DNA of 32,000 nucleotides from Candidatus Kuenenia stuttgartensis (GCF_900232105.1 NZ_LT934425.1:4230001-4262000), one strand, 5' to 3'. Shown: positions 19,701 to 28,552, counted from the first letter of the stretch. Notes: generated by a model not told the origin, from the sequence alone. A program made the numbers and translations.

Positions 19701-19963
19701 TTCTTTACCGCTATTCCCATAGAGTAGAAAAAGGTTGCAATATCAGCATCGCCTTCATCCACGCGGTACCACAGATAGGAGAGCTTACGGCTATTCAGAT
19801 AGCTTGCCGCAAGGGTTGTCTTTCCGGAACCGGCAGGCGCCGATATCCAGATTACAGGCTTGTCCCTGCCTTTATCCATCAAGCGGAACAGTCTTTCTCT
19901 GGGAAAGATACCCGCAATCTTGGGGCGGGTTATTTTTGCTATAAAAGTATTTATTTTTTCCAT
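16706..19963 (-). CDS. MalT/LuxR-type ATPase transcriptional activator with C-terminal SARP/BTAD-like domain
   Basis: KITRPKIAGIFPRERLFRLMDKG...WISAPAGSGKTTLAASYL (Walker A), W.RVDEGDADIATFFYSM, WIIVFDNIQD, TPR-like middle, C-terminal IFTLGRFTL...RKPLELIKAIISLG...DRVTNMLWPDTEGDMAHHAFESTLYRLRRLIG and BTAD-like YHHLRNALSSVYQITPSPETEALYRSI. ORF track end 20047. Confidence 0.88.
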   Translation of the reverse strand: MEKINTFIAKITRPKIAGIFPRERLFRLMDKGRDKPVIWISAPAGSGKTTLAASYLNSRKLSYLWYRVDEGDADIATFFYSMGIAVKKAVPSHRKPLPLLTPEYQQSIPLFTKRYFEELYSRLTSPWIIVFDNIQDAPVNSLFHKTLTSSLDIIPDGISIIAVSRNDPPPHYASISANNKSHLIGREEVRFTMKESKEILLVGAKKRIANTSLTRLYTQTEGWAAGLVLIAEHIRTKGLDDTLRSGSIYEKAFDYFANEIFIKTDKKTQIFLLKTAFLPRMTIHMAEKLTGVSESGRILHELTRKNYFTTAHYQKETIYQYHPLFREFLLSRARDSFDTGRLSAMQRKAAALLGKSGQIEDAALLFINVGDWDGLIKLTCSHASSLIAQGRTKTLVEWITNIPEETRDNEPWILYWHGVCKLSYNLTESRGCFDRAFMQFRAWNEQTGMWLSWSYAVDTIFHEFEDFPRLDNYASLFDDIFQKRTPFPSFEVELRVLPCRFFIMAMREPNHPEIDKWAHRVFLCLQECREVNLRLQLGFHLAVHYLWMGDFANVGIVINSISEGLRSETILPMERLLWENTKAMYAWLTGSVESCLRTVSEALKLSCETGIHFWDHHLLSFAACAALSDGDIETANGMIRKIASGLTHARKIDIIFYHFLCAWRDLTSGNLSSAAEHMRIHTSLVAKIGAYLPVAVNHVAAAHIFAARGEYREAISWLNRAQQIGRQTKSKLIKHMCLLTKAWLALECSGKGTSEEEGLAALRKAMSFGREHRFINCFLWRPEVVSRLCIKALEAGIEAEYVRELVRTRKLVPDTPPLGCENWPWPLKIFTLGRFTLLKEDSPVSMSGKVPRKPLELIKAIISLGSKEVSIDRVTNMLWPDTEGDMAHHAFESTLYRLRRLIGNDAAIKLQGGHLSLDSRYCWVDVWVFERLLEEIAGASVSEKPVPLVRPDVLKLFEKAFDLYKGCFLPADISCLWTVSIRKSLQKKFFRLVMLSGNYLERAKQWQIAVEYYERAIEIDNLAEEFYQRLMMCHHRLDKRLEAVKVYHHLRNALSSVYQITPSPETEALYRSILSGTHKPECKKF

Positions 19964-20179
19964 ACAGCGACTTGTTTTATAAATAACCGGATCAAAACGG
20001 TCCGTAAGGGAAAGGAAAGAGAATTTGAGGAAACAGAGAAAAATCACGCCATGTTTTATCCTTTTACTTTCCGCCTTTCCAAAATCCCCCCTACGTCTTT
20101 TTTGCGTTTATAGGCATTTGGAGGTATTTTATCAAGACAATTCCGTGAGAAATGTCTTCAGGATTTTCAGAAATTATTG

Positions 20180-20263
20180 ATGGGATAATATAGGAGAATA
20201 GGGACACTTCCCTTATTATCCCACCAGATCAATCAAGAAATATAGGAAGTGTCCATATTCTCC
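20180..20263. repeat. Interleaved inverted repeats
   Basis: tgggataata (20180) / tattatccca (to ~20223) interleaved with ggagaatagggacacttcc (20193-20211) / ggaagtgtccatattctcc (20245-20263). Confidence 0.7.
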
Positions 20264-20267
20264 CCAA

Positions 20268-20321
20268 TGCTTCGCCCTTACATTGCAATTATTGTAATTT
20301 TTCAAAAAACTAAAGTGTTAC
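20268..20321. repeat. Right-end fragment of the GTAACACTTTAG-type family
   Basis: atgcttcgcccttacattgcaattattgtaatttttcaaaaaactaaagtgttac, parallel to the right half of 2528-2656. Confidence 0.65.
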
Positions 20322-20329
20322 CGTGATAT

Positions 20330-20587
20330 TCATTTGTTTGCCGAGGGTGTTTTGGACAAAAGAATATCTTTATAAACAGCTTTAAGCATTTCCCTCCCTT
20401 GAGGTTTTGGTATTTTTCTCCGTTCCTTCTTTGCCGTTTCCAGCCAGAGGTACCTGGCTGTTTTAACTTCTTCCAGGGCTTCTTCTTCCGTTTCACCAAA
20501 AGCCGAACATTCAGACAATTCCGGCACTACAGCAATATATCCCTCGTCCTCTTCACTATAGAATATTTCAATTGCATACTTATACAT
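20330..20587 (-). CDS. HicB-like (UPF0150 family) antitoxin
   Basis: MYKYAIEIFYSEEDEGYIAVVPELSECSAFGETEEEALEEVKTARYLWLETAKKERRKIPKPQ: classical HicB-like N-terminal fold pattern. No HicA ORF adjacent. Confidence 0.85.
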   Translation of the reverse strand: MYKYAIEIFYSEEDEGYIAVVPELSECSAFGETEEEALEEVKTARYLWLETAKKERRKIPKPQGREMLKAVYKDILLSKTPSANK

Positions 20588-20654
20588 TCAATCGCTTTCC
20601 TCTAAGAGATTATATTTTTCAATTCAGACAACCTGTGAAAGCTTAAGAAGGCTG

Positions 20655-20830
20655 TCGGAAAGCCGTGTGCGGGAAAATCGCATGCACGGTTTGACGAGGG
20701 GCAGGTGATAAGTATATGGCGGAGATATGGTGGCACTGGCGGGAAACCAGCCAGCAAACAGAGAAAACAAACTTCTGCCTAAGTTCTCGTCGTCTGTTTC
20801 TACTCTACTGAAATCTGTGGTTCCTCTTTC
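20655..20830 (+). ncRNA. Group II intron 3' remnant (domain V and possible 3' end), 5'-truncated, no reverse transcriptase
   Basis: ggaaagccgtgtgcgggaaaatcgcatgcacggttt (~20657-20692) folds as domain V with AGC triad, GAAA-containing loop and 2-nt 3' bulge; followed by gacgaggggcag and later ttctactctactg. Confidence 0.65.
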
Positions 20831-20865
20831 GTATTTCGTGCTTGTTCGGTTCTGGCTATGCCAGC

Positions 20866-21492
20866 TTAGTTTTTTGTCTTTCTGCCGATTTTATTTTCTG
20901 TGCCGTTGATGATGCGTTTGATATTGGATTTGTGCCGGAAAATGAGAAATAATGAGATAAAGATGGAAAATAATGTTAAAGACAACCCGCTGCCGAAGGG
21001 TTCGTTATTTAACAGTATTATACTGATTACCAATACAACGGTACTGACCATTGACCCTAATGATACGTAGCGTGAAATAAAAGTGGTTAATAACCATGCG
21101 GCTACTGAAATGAACAGAGGTAAGGGAGCTAACCACAGAAATACACCGCACCCGGTTGCGGCGGCCTTGCCTCCTTTAAAACCTAAAAAGACCGGAAAGG
21201 TATGCCCCAATATAACACCGGTGCCGCACAATATAGCATATAAGCTGCGGCTTTGTCCTGACGTCACGTAATCAAAAATTAAAACCGGAAGAAAACCCTT
21301 CATCATGTCAAGAATGAAAACCAGTATCCCATACTTTTTCCCCATTACCCGCCACACGTTGGTTGCTCCAGGATTGCCGCTTCCTGCCTCACGAATGTCG
21401 ATGCCTTTTGCCACCCTGGCAATAATAAACCCAAACGGAATGCTCCCAATAAAATATGAAATAACCGGACTTATTATATTTATCATGAACAT
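20866..21492 (-). CDS. plsY: Glycerol-3-phosphate acyltransferase PlsY
   Basis: YFIGSIPFGFIIARVAKGIDIREAGSGNPGATNVWRVMGKKYGILVFILDMMKGFLPV...GHTFPVFLGFKGGKAAATGCGVFL. Confidence 0.96.
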   Translation of the reverse strand: MFMINIISPVISYFIGSIPFGFIIARVAKGIDIREAGSGNPGATNVWRVMGKKYGILVFILDMMKGFLPVLIFDYVTSGQSRSLYAILCGTGVILGHTFPVFLGFKGGKAAATGCGVFLWLAPLPLFISVAAWLLTTFISRYVSLGSMVSTVVLVISIILLNNEPFGSGLSLTLFSIFISLFLIFRHKSNIKRIINGTENKIGRKTKN

Positions 21493-21517
21493 GGAAGAAC
21501 CTTTTTTAAAAAATGTT

Positions 21518-22366
21518 TTAGGACAACCCCGAAAAATGCCACCAAAATTTGTGAAACGTGTACGGCGAATAATAGCGGTGAATGTATACCTTCCAATCTC
21601 TGTCTATCGCCGGGTCGGTCGTCATGTATGCTTTGAAAAATCGTATCCTGTCTGTTTTTGATACATGGGAAAGCGGCTTTTCTGTTTTTTTACCTTGCAG
21701 CCAATAATATTTTTCAAGGGAACGGTCTAATCGCAGCAAATTCTTCATTCTTTTACCGATAGTTAATTGACGCCAAACCGTTGATTTGTCCAAATCAATT
21801 ATGTACGCTTCAAATGTTCCCCCGGAAATCTTCTTTAAGAGCATATTTTTTAAATGTAAGTCCGCATGGTATATTCCCGCGTCATGCATTTTTCTTATCA
21901 ATTTTGCCAGGGTAAAAATAACAGATTTTTTTGAGTGGACATCTACTGCAGGTTGTTCATTGAGAAAGTCTATTAAATCAACGGCGCCTGCAATCTCCTT
22001 CGATATGAAATTGGCCGAATAAAAAATGCCCCATCTCTTTTTTTTTGTTACGGCGATGGCTTCCGCGGAGGTTATGCCGTTTTTTCGGGCAACTTCATGT
22101 ACATAGATTTCATTTAATGGCCGGTCGCCGAAAAAGAATACATTTCCTAAAAGCCTGCCCAACATACCGCCATGTTTATAGTTTCTGACAATGAGTCTTT
22201 CACCGCCGTTTTTTTTAATAGGAATGGTCGGATAGCGGCCCCTTCCCTGCTTTATTTGAAAAGAATCCTGATTGCCTGCTTCTGACACCAATGGAGGGGA
22301 AATTATGTCTGCAATAAATTCTTTATAATCTTCTTTTACACATATGATAGTCTTATTGCTTCTCAT
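21518..22366 (-). CDS. Lipopolysaccharide kinase, Kdo/WaaP family
   Basis: RLIVRNYKHGGMLGRLLGNVFFFGDRPLNEIYVHEVARKNGITSAEAIAV...LIRKMHDAGIYHADLHLKNMLL...AYIIDLDKS: WaaP/KdkA-type kinase motifs. ORF track end 22414. Confidence 0.85.
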   Translation of the reverse strand: MRSNKTIICVKEDYKEFIADIISPPLVSEAGNQDSFQIKQGRGRYPTIPIKKNGGERLIVRNYKHGGMLGRLLGNVFFFGDRPLNEIYVHEVARKNGITSAEAIAVTKKKRWGIFYSANFISKEIAGAVDLIDFLNEQPAVDVHSKKSVIFTLAKLIRKMHDAGIYHADLHLKNMLLKKISGGTFEAYIIDLDKSTVWRQLTIGKRMKNLLRLDRSLEKYYWLQGKKTEKPLSHVSKTDRIRFFKAYMTTDPAIDRDWKVYIHRYYSPYTFHKFWWHFSGLS

Positions 22367-22472
22367 TATGGAAAAATGCGGGGGTATTTTTGTTGTATGC
22401 GGCATACAGTTCATATACTGTCGGGGTAAAGCTTAGTGAAAAAAGGGGTGATTTAAACCATCGATTATGATG

Positions 22473-22537
22473 TACGAATTACGATTTGCGAGGTACGATT
22501 TAAATCCCAAATCCCAAATCCCAAATCGTAATTCGTA
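22473..22537. repeat. Inverted repeat with internal AAATCCC tandem
   Basis: tacgaattacgattt (22473-22487) / aaatcgtaattcgta (22523-22537) with aaatcccaaatcccaaatcccaaatc between them. Confidence 0.7.
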
Positions 22538-22745
22538 AATCTTATAGAAGTCTGCATGGGTGTTTCATTATATATCACGAATTCCATGAATACAAACGCA
22601 AAGTTGCTATTCCTGCATTGTGATAAACGGTGGCGTATAACGGGTTAAATTGGAGTTGCAAATACACATTTCGGCGGGTACATTAACCCGAAAGATGAAC
22701 TGCCGCAGAAAATATCGTAAAAGGACGGAGATAGGGTTTTCAAAT

Positions 22746-23840
22746 ATGAAAATAGGGAAAAACAGCATCAACCAGAAAAATATTTTAATTGTTCGCCTGG
22801 GTGCTATGGGTGATATTATTCACGTGATTCCTGCCGTAAAAAATGTAAGAGAAGCATTGCCCACCAGCAAAATTACATGGCTTGTTGAGGATAATATTAA
22901 GGATTTGGTTGAAATGGTTCCCGAAGTGGATGAAGTGCTTGTCTTCCCCCGGAAGCGATGGCAATCATGGTTATTGCGTCCGGAACGGTATTTTCAATTC
23001 ATTTCAGAAATGTTTGCCTTTTTTAAACAATTAAACATGAAAAGGTATGATATTGTATTGGATTTTCATGGTAATTTTAAAAGCGGCCTTTTGGGATATC
23101 TAAGCGCCGCAAAAATACGGGTGGGGTTTTCCATGGGATATTGTAAAGAATTCAATTATATTTTTACGAATGTGCATATTACTCCGCGGCAAAAAACCAT
23201 GCACAGAATTGAAAAATACCTGTCGCTCGTTCAGGGATTGGGCATCGAAGCATATTATAAAAAACCGGTGTTTTCTGTTCCGGAACAAGACAATAATTAT
23301 ATTGACGATTTTATCCTCAAAAACCATTTGGGTCAGAAATCCATGGCGATTATTCATCCGGGAACAAGCCTGTTTGGCAAATACAAGAGATGGCCGACGG
23401 AAAAATATGCGCGTTTGTCAGACAAATTGATAGAAGATTTCGGATATGCAGTGATTTTTACGTGGAGCGGCCCGGAATATAACATTGCAGAGGATATCCG
23501 GTCGCACATGCATTTCCCGGCGATAATTGCATGCAAGACCGCATCGGTGAAACAGTTGGTTGCGTTATTGCAACGTGCGGATATTTATATTGGAGGGGAT
23601 ACCGGGCCTACCCATCTTGCATCATGCCTTGGGATTCCTACAATAGCAGTTTTCGGGCCAAAGGACCCGGTTGTTTACGCACCCTTTGATGAGAATGCGT
23701 CGGTGGTGAGAAAAGACATTCATTGCAGTCCTTGTGAAAAACGCAGGTGTGAACATGTTACGTGCATTCACTCAATAACCCCTGACGATGTATACAGCGA
23801 AATCTGTAAATTAAGGAAGAAAAGAGGTTTGACTTTTTAA
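22746..23840 (+). CDS. Glycosyltransferase family 9, heptosyltransferase-like
   Basis: KNILIVRLGAMGDIIHVIPAVKNVREALPTSKITWLVED...YDIVLDFHGNFKSGLLGYLSAAKIRVGF...IIHPGTS...YIGGDTGPTHLASCLGIPTIAVFGPKDPVVYAPF. Start at internal ATG 22746; ORF track start 22650. Confidence 0.92.
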   Translation: MKIGKNSINQKNILIVRLGAMGDIIHVIPAVKNVREALPTSKITWLVEDNIKDLVEMVPEVDEVLVFPRKRWQSWLLRPERYFQFISEMFAFFKQLNMKRYDIVLDFHGNFKSGLLGYLSAAKIRVGFSMGYCKEFNYIFTNVHITPRQKTMHRIEKYLSLVQGLGIEAYYKKPVFSVPEQDNNYIDDFILKNHLGQKSMAIIHPGTSLFGKYKRWPTEKYARLSDKLIEDFGYAVIFTWSGPEYNIAEDIRSHMHFPAIIACKTASVKQLVALLQRADIYIGGDTGPTHLASCLGIPTIAVFGPKDPVVYAPFDENASVVRKDIHCSPCEKRRCEHVTCIHSITPDDVYSEICKLRKKRGLTF

Positions 23841-23908
23841 ATATTGCCTGATAACATATCGCTTCGCTTTACTATTAATAGAAGCCGATATTTAGGAGAG
23901 ATTTTGTT

Positions 23909-24880
23909 TTGGAAACAGAGGATATTTTCGCTTCAATCGAACCACTCATGGATGAGGTAGAAGCCCGGTTTTACAAAGAATTACAACCACAGAATAACTC
24001 ACTGGCAGACCTCGTTGTACATATAAGTAAATATAAAGGAAAAAGGCTGCGGCCCGCCTTAACGCTGCTTTCAGGCAAATGTATAAGCGATACGGCACCT
24101 CAGCACATAGACCTTGCTGTTGTTGTGGAAATGGTGCATACCGCGACATTGGTGCACGATGATATCATCGATGAGGCTGCCATGAGAAGGCATGTCGAAA
24201 GTATGAATTCAAAGTGGGGACGTGAAATATCCATTCTGTTTGGTGATTATTTGTTTTCGCGCGGCTTTACCATCCTTTCCGCCCTTGATTCTCAAATAGC
24301 AACTCTGCTGCTTTCTCAAACGGTAAATACGATGTGCGAAGGCGAGTTGATTCAGTTGAAAAGACGCTATGATGTGGGGCTTAGTGAAGAAGATTATATT
24401 GATATTATCGAAAAGAAAACCGCTTCATTGTGCGCCACAAGTTGCCGTTTAGGCGCCACCTTTGCCGGGGCAAACCATAAGCTTTCGGAGATGATGTCAA
24501 ATTACGGCTTAAAAATCGGTACCGCCTTTCAGATAATAGATGATTGCCTTGATTTTATGGGAGATGAAGATGAGGTTGGCAAATCGCTGAATACGGATAT
24601 TAAAAAAGGGAAACTCACCTTACCGCTTATCCGGCTGGTGCATCAACTCCCCGTAAGCAAGAGGGAATCAACAAAGGAGTTGATCTTTAAAGGTCATTTA
24701 GATGAAAAAAAGGACGCCATCGTAGAGTTGCTTACCGAACACGATGCCGTAGAGTACGCATTTGACAGGGCAAGAAGCATTGTTAAACAGGCGCAGGATG
24801 TGATTGCACCGCTTCCCGATTCTCAATACAAGACAGCGCTTATTGAACTGGCAGATTATATCATTGCCAGGAAAAAATAA
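23909..24880 (+). CDS. Trans-polyprenyl diphosphate synthase (octaprenyl/heptaprenyl type)
   Basis: GKRLRPALTLLSGK, ATLVHDDIIDEAAMRRH (first Asp-rich motif), FQIIDDCLDFMGDEDEVGKSLNTDIKKGKLTLPLI (second). Confidence 0.95.
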   Translation: METEDIFASIEPLMDEVEARFYKELQPQNNSLADLVVHISKYKGKRLRPALTLLSGKCISDTAPQHIDLAVVVEMVHTATLVHDDIIDEAAMRRHVESMNSKWGREISILFGDYLFSRGFTILSALDSQIATLLLSQTVNTMCEGELIQLKRRYDVGLSEEDYIDIIEKKTASLCATSCRLGATFAGANHKLSEMMSNYGLKIGTAFQIIDDCLDFMGDEDEVGKSLNTDIKKGKLTLPLIRLVHQLPVSKRESTKELIFKGHLDEKKDAIVELLTEHDAVEYAFDRARSIVKQAQDVIAPLPDSQYKTALIELADYIIARKK

Positions 24881-24901
24881 AAAAGAAGAAAGGACTGCTT
24901 T

Positions 24902-25111
24902 ATGTTTTCCATACCAGGTGGTTGGGAGTGGATTATAATCGCGTTAATTGCTTTTCTCATATTTGGCAAAAGACTGCCTGGCATTATGAAAAATGTCGGA
25001 AGAAGTATTGCTGAGTTCAGGAAGGGCTTTAAAAACGTTGAAGAAGAAATAAACGAAGTGAAAGAAATAAAAGGCAATATCGATACTATTACTAAATTTA
25101 AGATTAATTGA
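24902..25111 (+). CDS. tatA: Sec-independent protein translocase TatA/TatE
   Basis: MFSIPGGWEWIIIALIAFLIFGKRLPGIMKNVGRSIAEFRKGFKNVEEEI: hinge FGKRLP and amphipathic helix typical of TatA. Confidence 0.95.
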   Translation: MFSIPGGWEWIIIALIAFLIFGKRLPGIMKNVGRSIAEFRKGFKNVEEEINEVKEIKGNIDTITKFKIN

Positions 25112-25219
25112 TACTTGCCGGGTATTTTATTGACTGCATCTTCACACAAATAATCACGAAGATTTCAGTAATCCTCAAACACACCCACGCCTGACGTCTT
25201 AGTAATAATTAACTTGTAG

Positions 25220-26026
25220 TCAGCAGCCCTTTCCAACAAGTTTCAACCGCATCATTTCTGCGAAGAGCCTTACCTCATATTCGATTCCTTTCTGAAGATC
25301 GTTTTCCATTGCGTAGTTGATACATTTTTTCATTTCCTTCAACACCCTTGCATCCCGTTCCAGCAAAGTTTTTGCAATTTCAATCGTATGTTTTAAAACA
25401 TCCTTATGAGGCACGATCTGATTAATAAGCCCCCATTCCAGCGCAGTATCAGCCCGTATCAGTTTTCCAAGGAACAACATCTCCTTTGCACGCGCTACCC
25501 CAACCAATCTCGGGAGTCTTTGAGTAGCGCCCAAACCCGGAATAATTCCAAGCTCCGGTTTGGCTTCCGGCAGACTGTAAAAGGATATATCAGACGCAAT
25601 ACGCAGGTCGCACAACATTGCCAGCTCCAGCCCTGCACCAATGGTAACGCCATTTATCGCGGCAAGAACGGGTTTCTTGCAATTCTCTATTTCAACAAAT
25701 ATTTCATGCGCCTTGCGGAATCTTTCGTAATTTTTCTCCGCTACAAGACCGGAAATCCATGACCCAAACAGCTCGTCACGATCTGCCCCGTCGCTAAAAA
25801 CCCCACGAATCCTGCTTGCAATAATAATCGCTCCGATAGAGTCGTCCCCTTCATATTGATCCATCTTGTCGTAAATAGCATCCAACAACCATGAACCAAT
25901 AGAATTTCTTGGCGGTTTTTTCATGTAAATAATGCCGATCGCCTTGCCATTTTTCGCTTTTATTTCTTCAAATTCAATGTGGTCGTACCCTGAGGTATCT
26001 CCACGATTCATACGGATGTCTTTCAT
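25220..26026 (-). CDS. Enoyl-CoA hydratase/isomerase (crotonase) family protein
   Basis: KPVLAAINGVTIGAGLELAMLCDLRIASDISFYSLPEAKPELGIIPGLGATQRLPRLVGVARAKEMLFLGKLIRADTALEWGLINQIVP. Confidence 0.93.
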   Translation of the reverse strand: MKDIRMNRGDTSGYDHIEFEEIKAKNGKAIGIIYMKKPPRNSIGSWLLDAIYDKMDQYEGDDSIGAIIIASRIRGVFSDGADRDELFGSWISGLVAEKNYERFRKAHEIFVEIENCKKPVLAAINGVTIGAGLELAMLCDLRIASDISFYSLPEAKPELGIIPGLGATQRLPRLVGVARAKEMLFLGKLIRADTALEWGLINQIVPHKDVLKHTIEIAKTLLERDARVLKEMKKCINYAMENDLQKGIEYEVRLFAEMMRLKLVGKGC

Positions 26027-26187
26027 AATAATAGCCCGGTTATTTACCTGTTTGATTTTCTATTAAACATATAAACTTAACATACTTACAAAATTTGGTT
26101 TGTTTAAAAACGTGTAACACCGCTGGCACAGGAAACCTGGGTTTAAAAGGAGAATATTCTTCCATCATAGTATTCTTCCGAAAAGGC

Positions 26188-28197
26188 TTATATTTTCAGC
26201 GCTACCTGAAATCCTTCATGAATAGCCTCTAATGCCGTTCGCACCTTAACACAGTCGCCTATGCTGTAACTCTCTGAAAATTTACGGGATATTTCATCCT
26301 GCAGCTCCGCGTTAGGACGATAACCTGCCGCAACAATTATGGTATCCGCCTTTATGAAATGCTCCTGCCCGTCTTTTTCATACACAATGCCACTACCCTC
26401 ATGGTCGTCAACAATTCTTTTTACCTTTACTCCCGTTTCGGCGAGTATCCCGGCATCTTTAAGCTCATTGAGCATAATCCATCGCGTTGAAACGCCAAAC
26501 CCGCCCCCGACCTTCCGTTTCATCTCCAATAGTGTGATATTTCTGTTTCCATGAGATGTACATTCCACTGCCTCATCCGCATTAATCACTTTATGTTTCA
26601 GCAAAAAACAGGCAACCTCCGGGCTCATTGCCCCCTGTTTAGCCGCATAGAGCGCAACCTCGCTACCAACAGTCCCCCCCCCGATAATTACTACATTGCT
26701 TCCCAGCGGCGTCTTTCCCTCCAAAACACTACTTGCAAGGCAAACGTTTTTTGAGTTAATGCCCGGCAGATCAGGCAAGATTGGCACCCCCCCGGTTGCG
26801 AGAATAACGACATCTGGATTCTCTTTTTCAATAAAAACACTATCAACTTCAACGCCCGTATGTATTTTGACATGCAGTTTTTTCAACTGTTTTTTGAGAT
26901 AGTGTATAATATTTCGCACCTCATTACGTCCCGGAGGAATACAGGCATATTGCAATTGTCCCCCAAGGATATCTTTTTTTTCATACAAAGAAACATCATG
27001 TCCCCGTAATGCCAGAATACGGGCAGCTTCCATGCCTGCAGGCCCGCCTCCTACTATAATAACTTTTTTTATACTTTCCGCCTTTGTTACCGCATATTCA
27101 CCCTCATGCCCGGCCATTGCATTGTAAATGCAGGAAACGGCCTTAAAATTGAGCAGCGAATCAAAACACCCCTGATTGCAGGCAATACACGTCCTGATAT
27201 CATCATAACGTCCCTGTTGATATTTGTTGGGCAACTCCGGGTCTGCAATAAGCGGCCTGCCAACAGACACAGCATCTGCACGGTCATTATCAAGTATTTC
27301 TTCCGCCAGTGAAAGATCGTTAATCCTGACGGAAGAAATCACCGGCACATTGACGTGTGCCTTAATTTTTTCAGAGAATAAGACATATGTCATCCTGGGA
27401 ATTACCATTGACATGATAGGTATCCTGCTTTCATGCCAGCCGGGAGATACATTAAACGCATCAGCCCCCGCCTTTTCTAATATTCCAGCTATTTCAACAG
27501 AATCGTTGATCCTGATGCCGTCTTCCACGAAATCCTCCCCGGATAACCTGAAAATAACGGGATAATCCCCCCCTGCCTCTTCCTTTATTGCAATTACCAA
27601 TTCCTTCGCAAACCTCGCTCTGTTTTCCAGACTTCCACCGTATTCATCATCACGTTTATTCGTCGCAGGGGAAAAAAACTGATTAATGAGATATCCCATA
27701 CCGCCATGAAGCTCCACTGCGTCAAACCCCGATTTCTTTGCCCTGATCGTTGCGCTCACGTATCCGTCAATAACCTTTTTTATTTCCGTTATTGTCAATG
27801 CATGAGGTTCCTGTCTGATATTTCTGTGTGCCAATTGCGACGGGGCAACGGGTTTCATTTTCGTGAAAAATGAAGAGGCGCTCCTTCCCCCGTGAAGCAA
27901 TTGAGCGGCAACGCACGTTCCATAAGCGTGAACAGCGTCGGTCAGTTTTTTGAGTCCGGGAATAAATTCATCTTTGTCAAGCCCTATAATGCTCTTCCAC
28001 ACCTTGCCATTCATTTCGGGATAACAACCGCCCACAACAATAAGGCCAACCCCCCCCTTTGCCCTTTCAATATAGAACTGAATGATGCGGTCATTAATAC
28101 CGCCGTCAGTAGTAAAACCCAAGTCCATGGCAGACATGAAAAGCCTGTTTTTTACCTGCATACGTCCGATTTTTATTTTCTGGAATAGTTTATTCAT
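26188..28197 (-). CDS. NADH:flavin oxidoreductase, 2,4-dienoyl-CoA reductase (FadH)-like, FMN/4Fe-4S/FAD
   Basis: OYE barrel (GGVGLIVVGG, AQLLHGGR, GFDAVELHGGMGYLINQFFSPATNKRDDEYGGSLENRARF), 4Fe-4S motif CIACNQGCFDSLLNFKAVSC, FAD site VIIVGGGPAGMEAARILALRGHDVSLYEK, second Rossmann VVIIGGGTVGSEVA. Start at internal Met MNKLFQKI; ORF track end 28236. Confidence 0.93.
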   Translation of the reverse strand: MNKLFQKIKIGRMQVKNRLFMSAMDLGFTTDGGINDRIIQFYIERAKGGVGLIVVGGCYPEMNGKVWKSIIGLDKDEFIPGLKKLTDAVHAYGTCVAAQLLHGGRSASSFFTKMKPVAPSQLAHRNIRQEPHALTITEIKKVIDGYVSATIRAKKSGFDAVELHGGMGYLINQFFSPATNKRDDEYGGSLENRARFAKELVIAIKEEAGGDYPVIFRLSGEDFVEDGIRINDSVEIAGILEKAGADAFNVSPGWHESRIPIMSMVIPRMTYVLFSEKIKAHVNVPVISSVRINDLSLAEEILDNDRADAVSVGRPLIADPELPNKYQQGRYDDIRTCIACNQGCFDSLLNFKAVSCIYNAMAGHEGEYAVTKAESIKKVIIVGGGPAGMEAARILALRGHDVSLYEKKDILGGQLQYACIPPGRNEVRNIIHYLKKQLKKLHVKIHTGVEVDSVFIEKENPDVVILATGGVPILPDLPGINSKNVCLASSVLEGKTPLGSNVVIIGGGTVGSEVALYAAKQGAMSPEVACFLLKHKVINADEAVECTSHGNRNITLLEMKRKVGGGFGVSTRWIMLNELKDAGILAETGVKVKRIVDDHEGSGIVYEKDGQEHFIKADTIIVAAGYRPNAELQDEISRKFSESYSIGDCVKVRTALEAIHEGFQVALKI

Positions 28198-28463
28198 AAT
28201 AAAATTTGTTGTAAAAAATAGCAAAAACCGCAGCAATAAAGATAATTACCGTGGTAATGGAATGAAATGCCCCTTTACGTGTTGAATATAAATAAGAGGG
28301 GGAGTGGAAACCAAAAACTGTTGGCAGGAGACATATTTTTAATCAAACACGCAATACTCGTTTACCGTTAAAAAAACAGACACATTTGCTCTAATTCTTC
28401 ACATTCAGGAACGTTACGATTATAAAAATCATTTAACTTTTTGTCAAGGTAATCAAAAAAAAG

Positions 28464-28552
28464 TGCAGGGGACGAAGCATTTGCCAGTTTGGGCATGAAC
28501 GCATTTATGCCAATTTATTGCAAATACTTCGCCCCTACTTTTTCAAAAAACT
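28464..28552. repeat. Hairpin repeat core and right-end half of the GTAACACTTTAG-type family, interrupted by the ISL3 element
   Basis: gcaggggacgaagcatttgccagtttgggcatgaacgcatttatgcc...gcaaatacttcgcccctactttttcaaaaaact; the rest of the end (aaagtgttac) resumes at 29942-29951. Confidence 0.8.
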
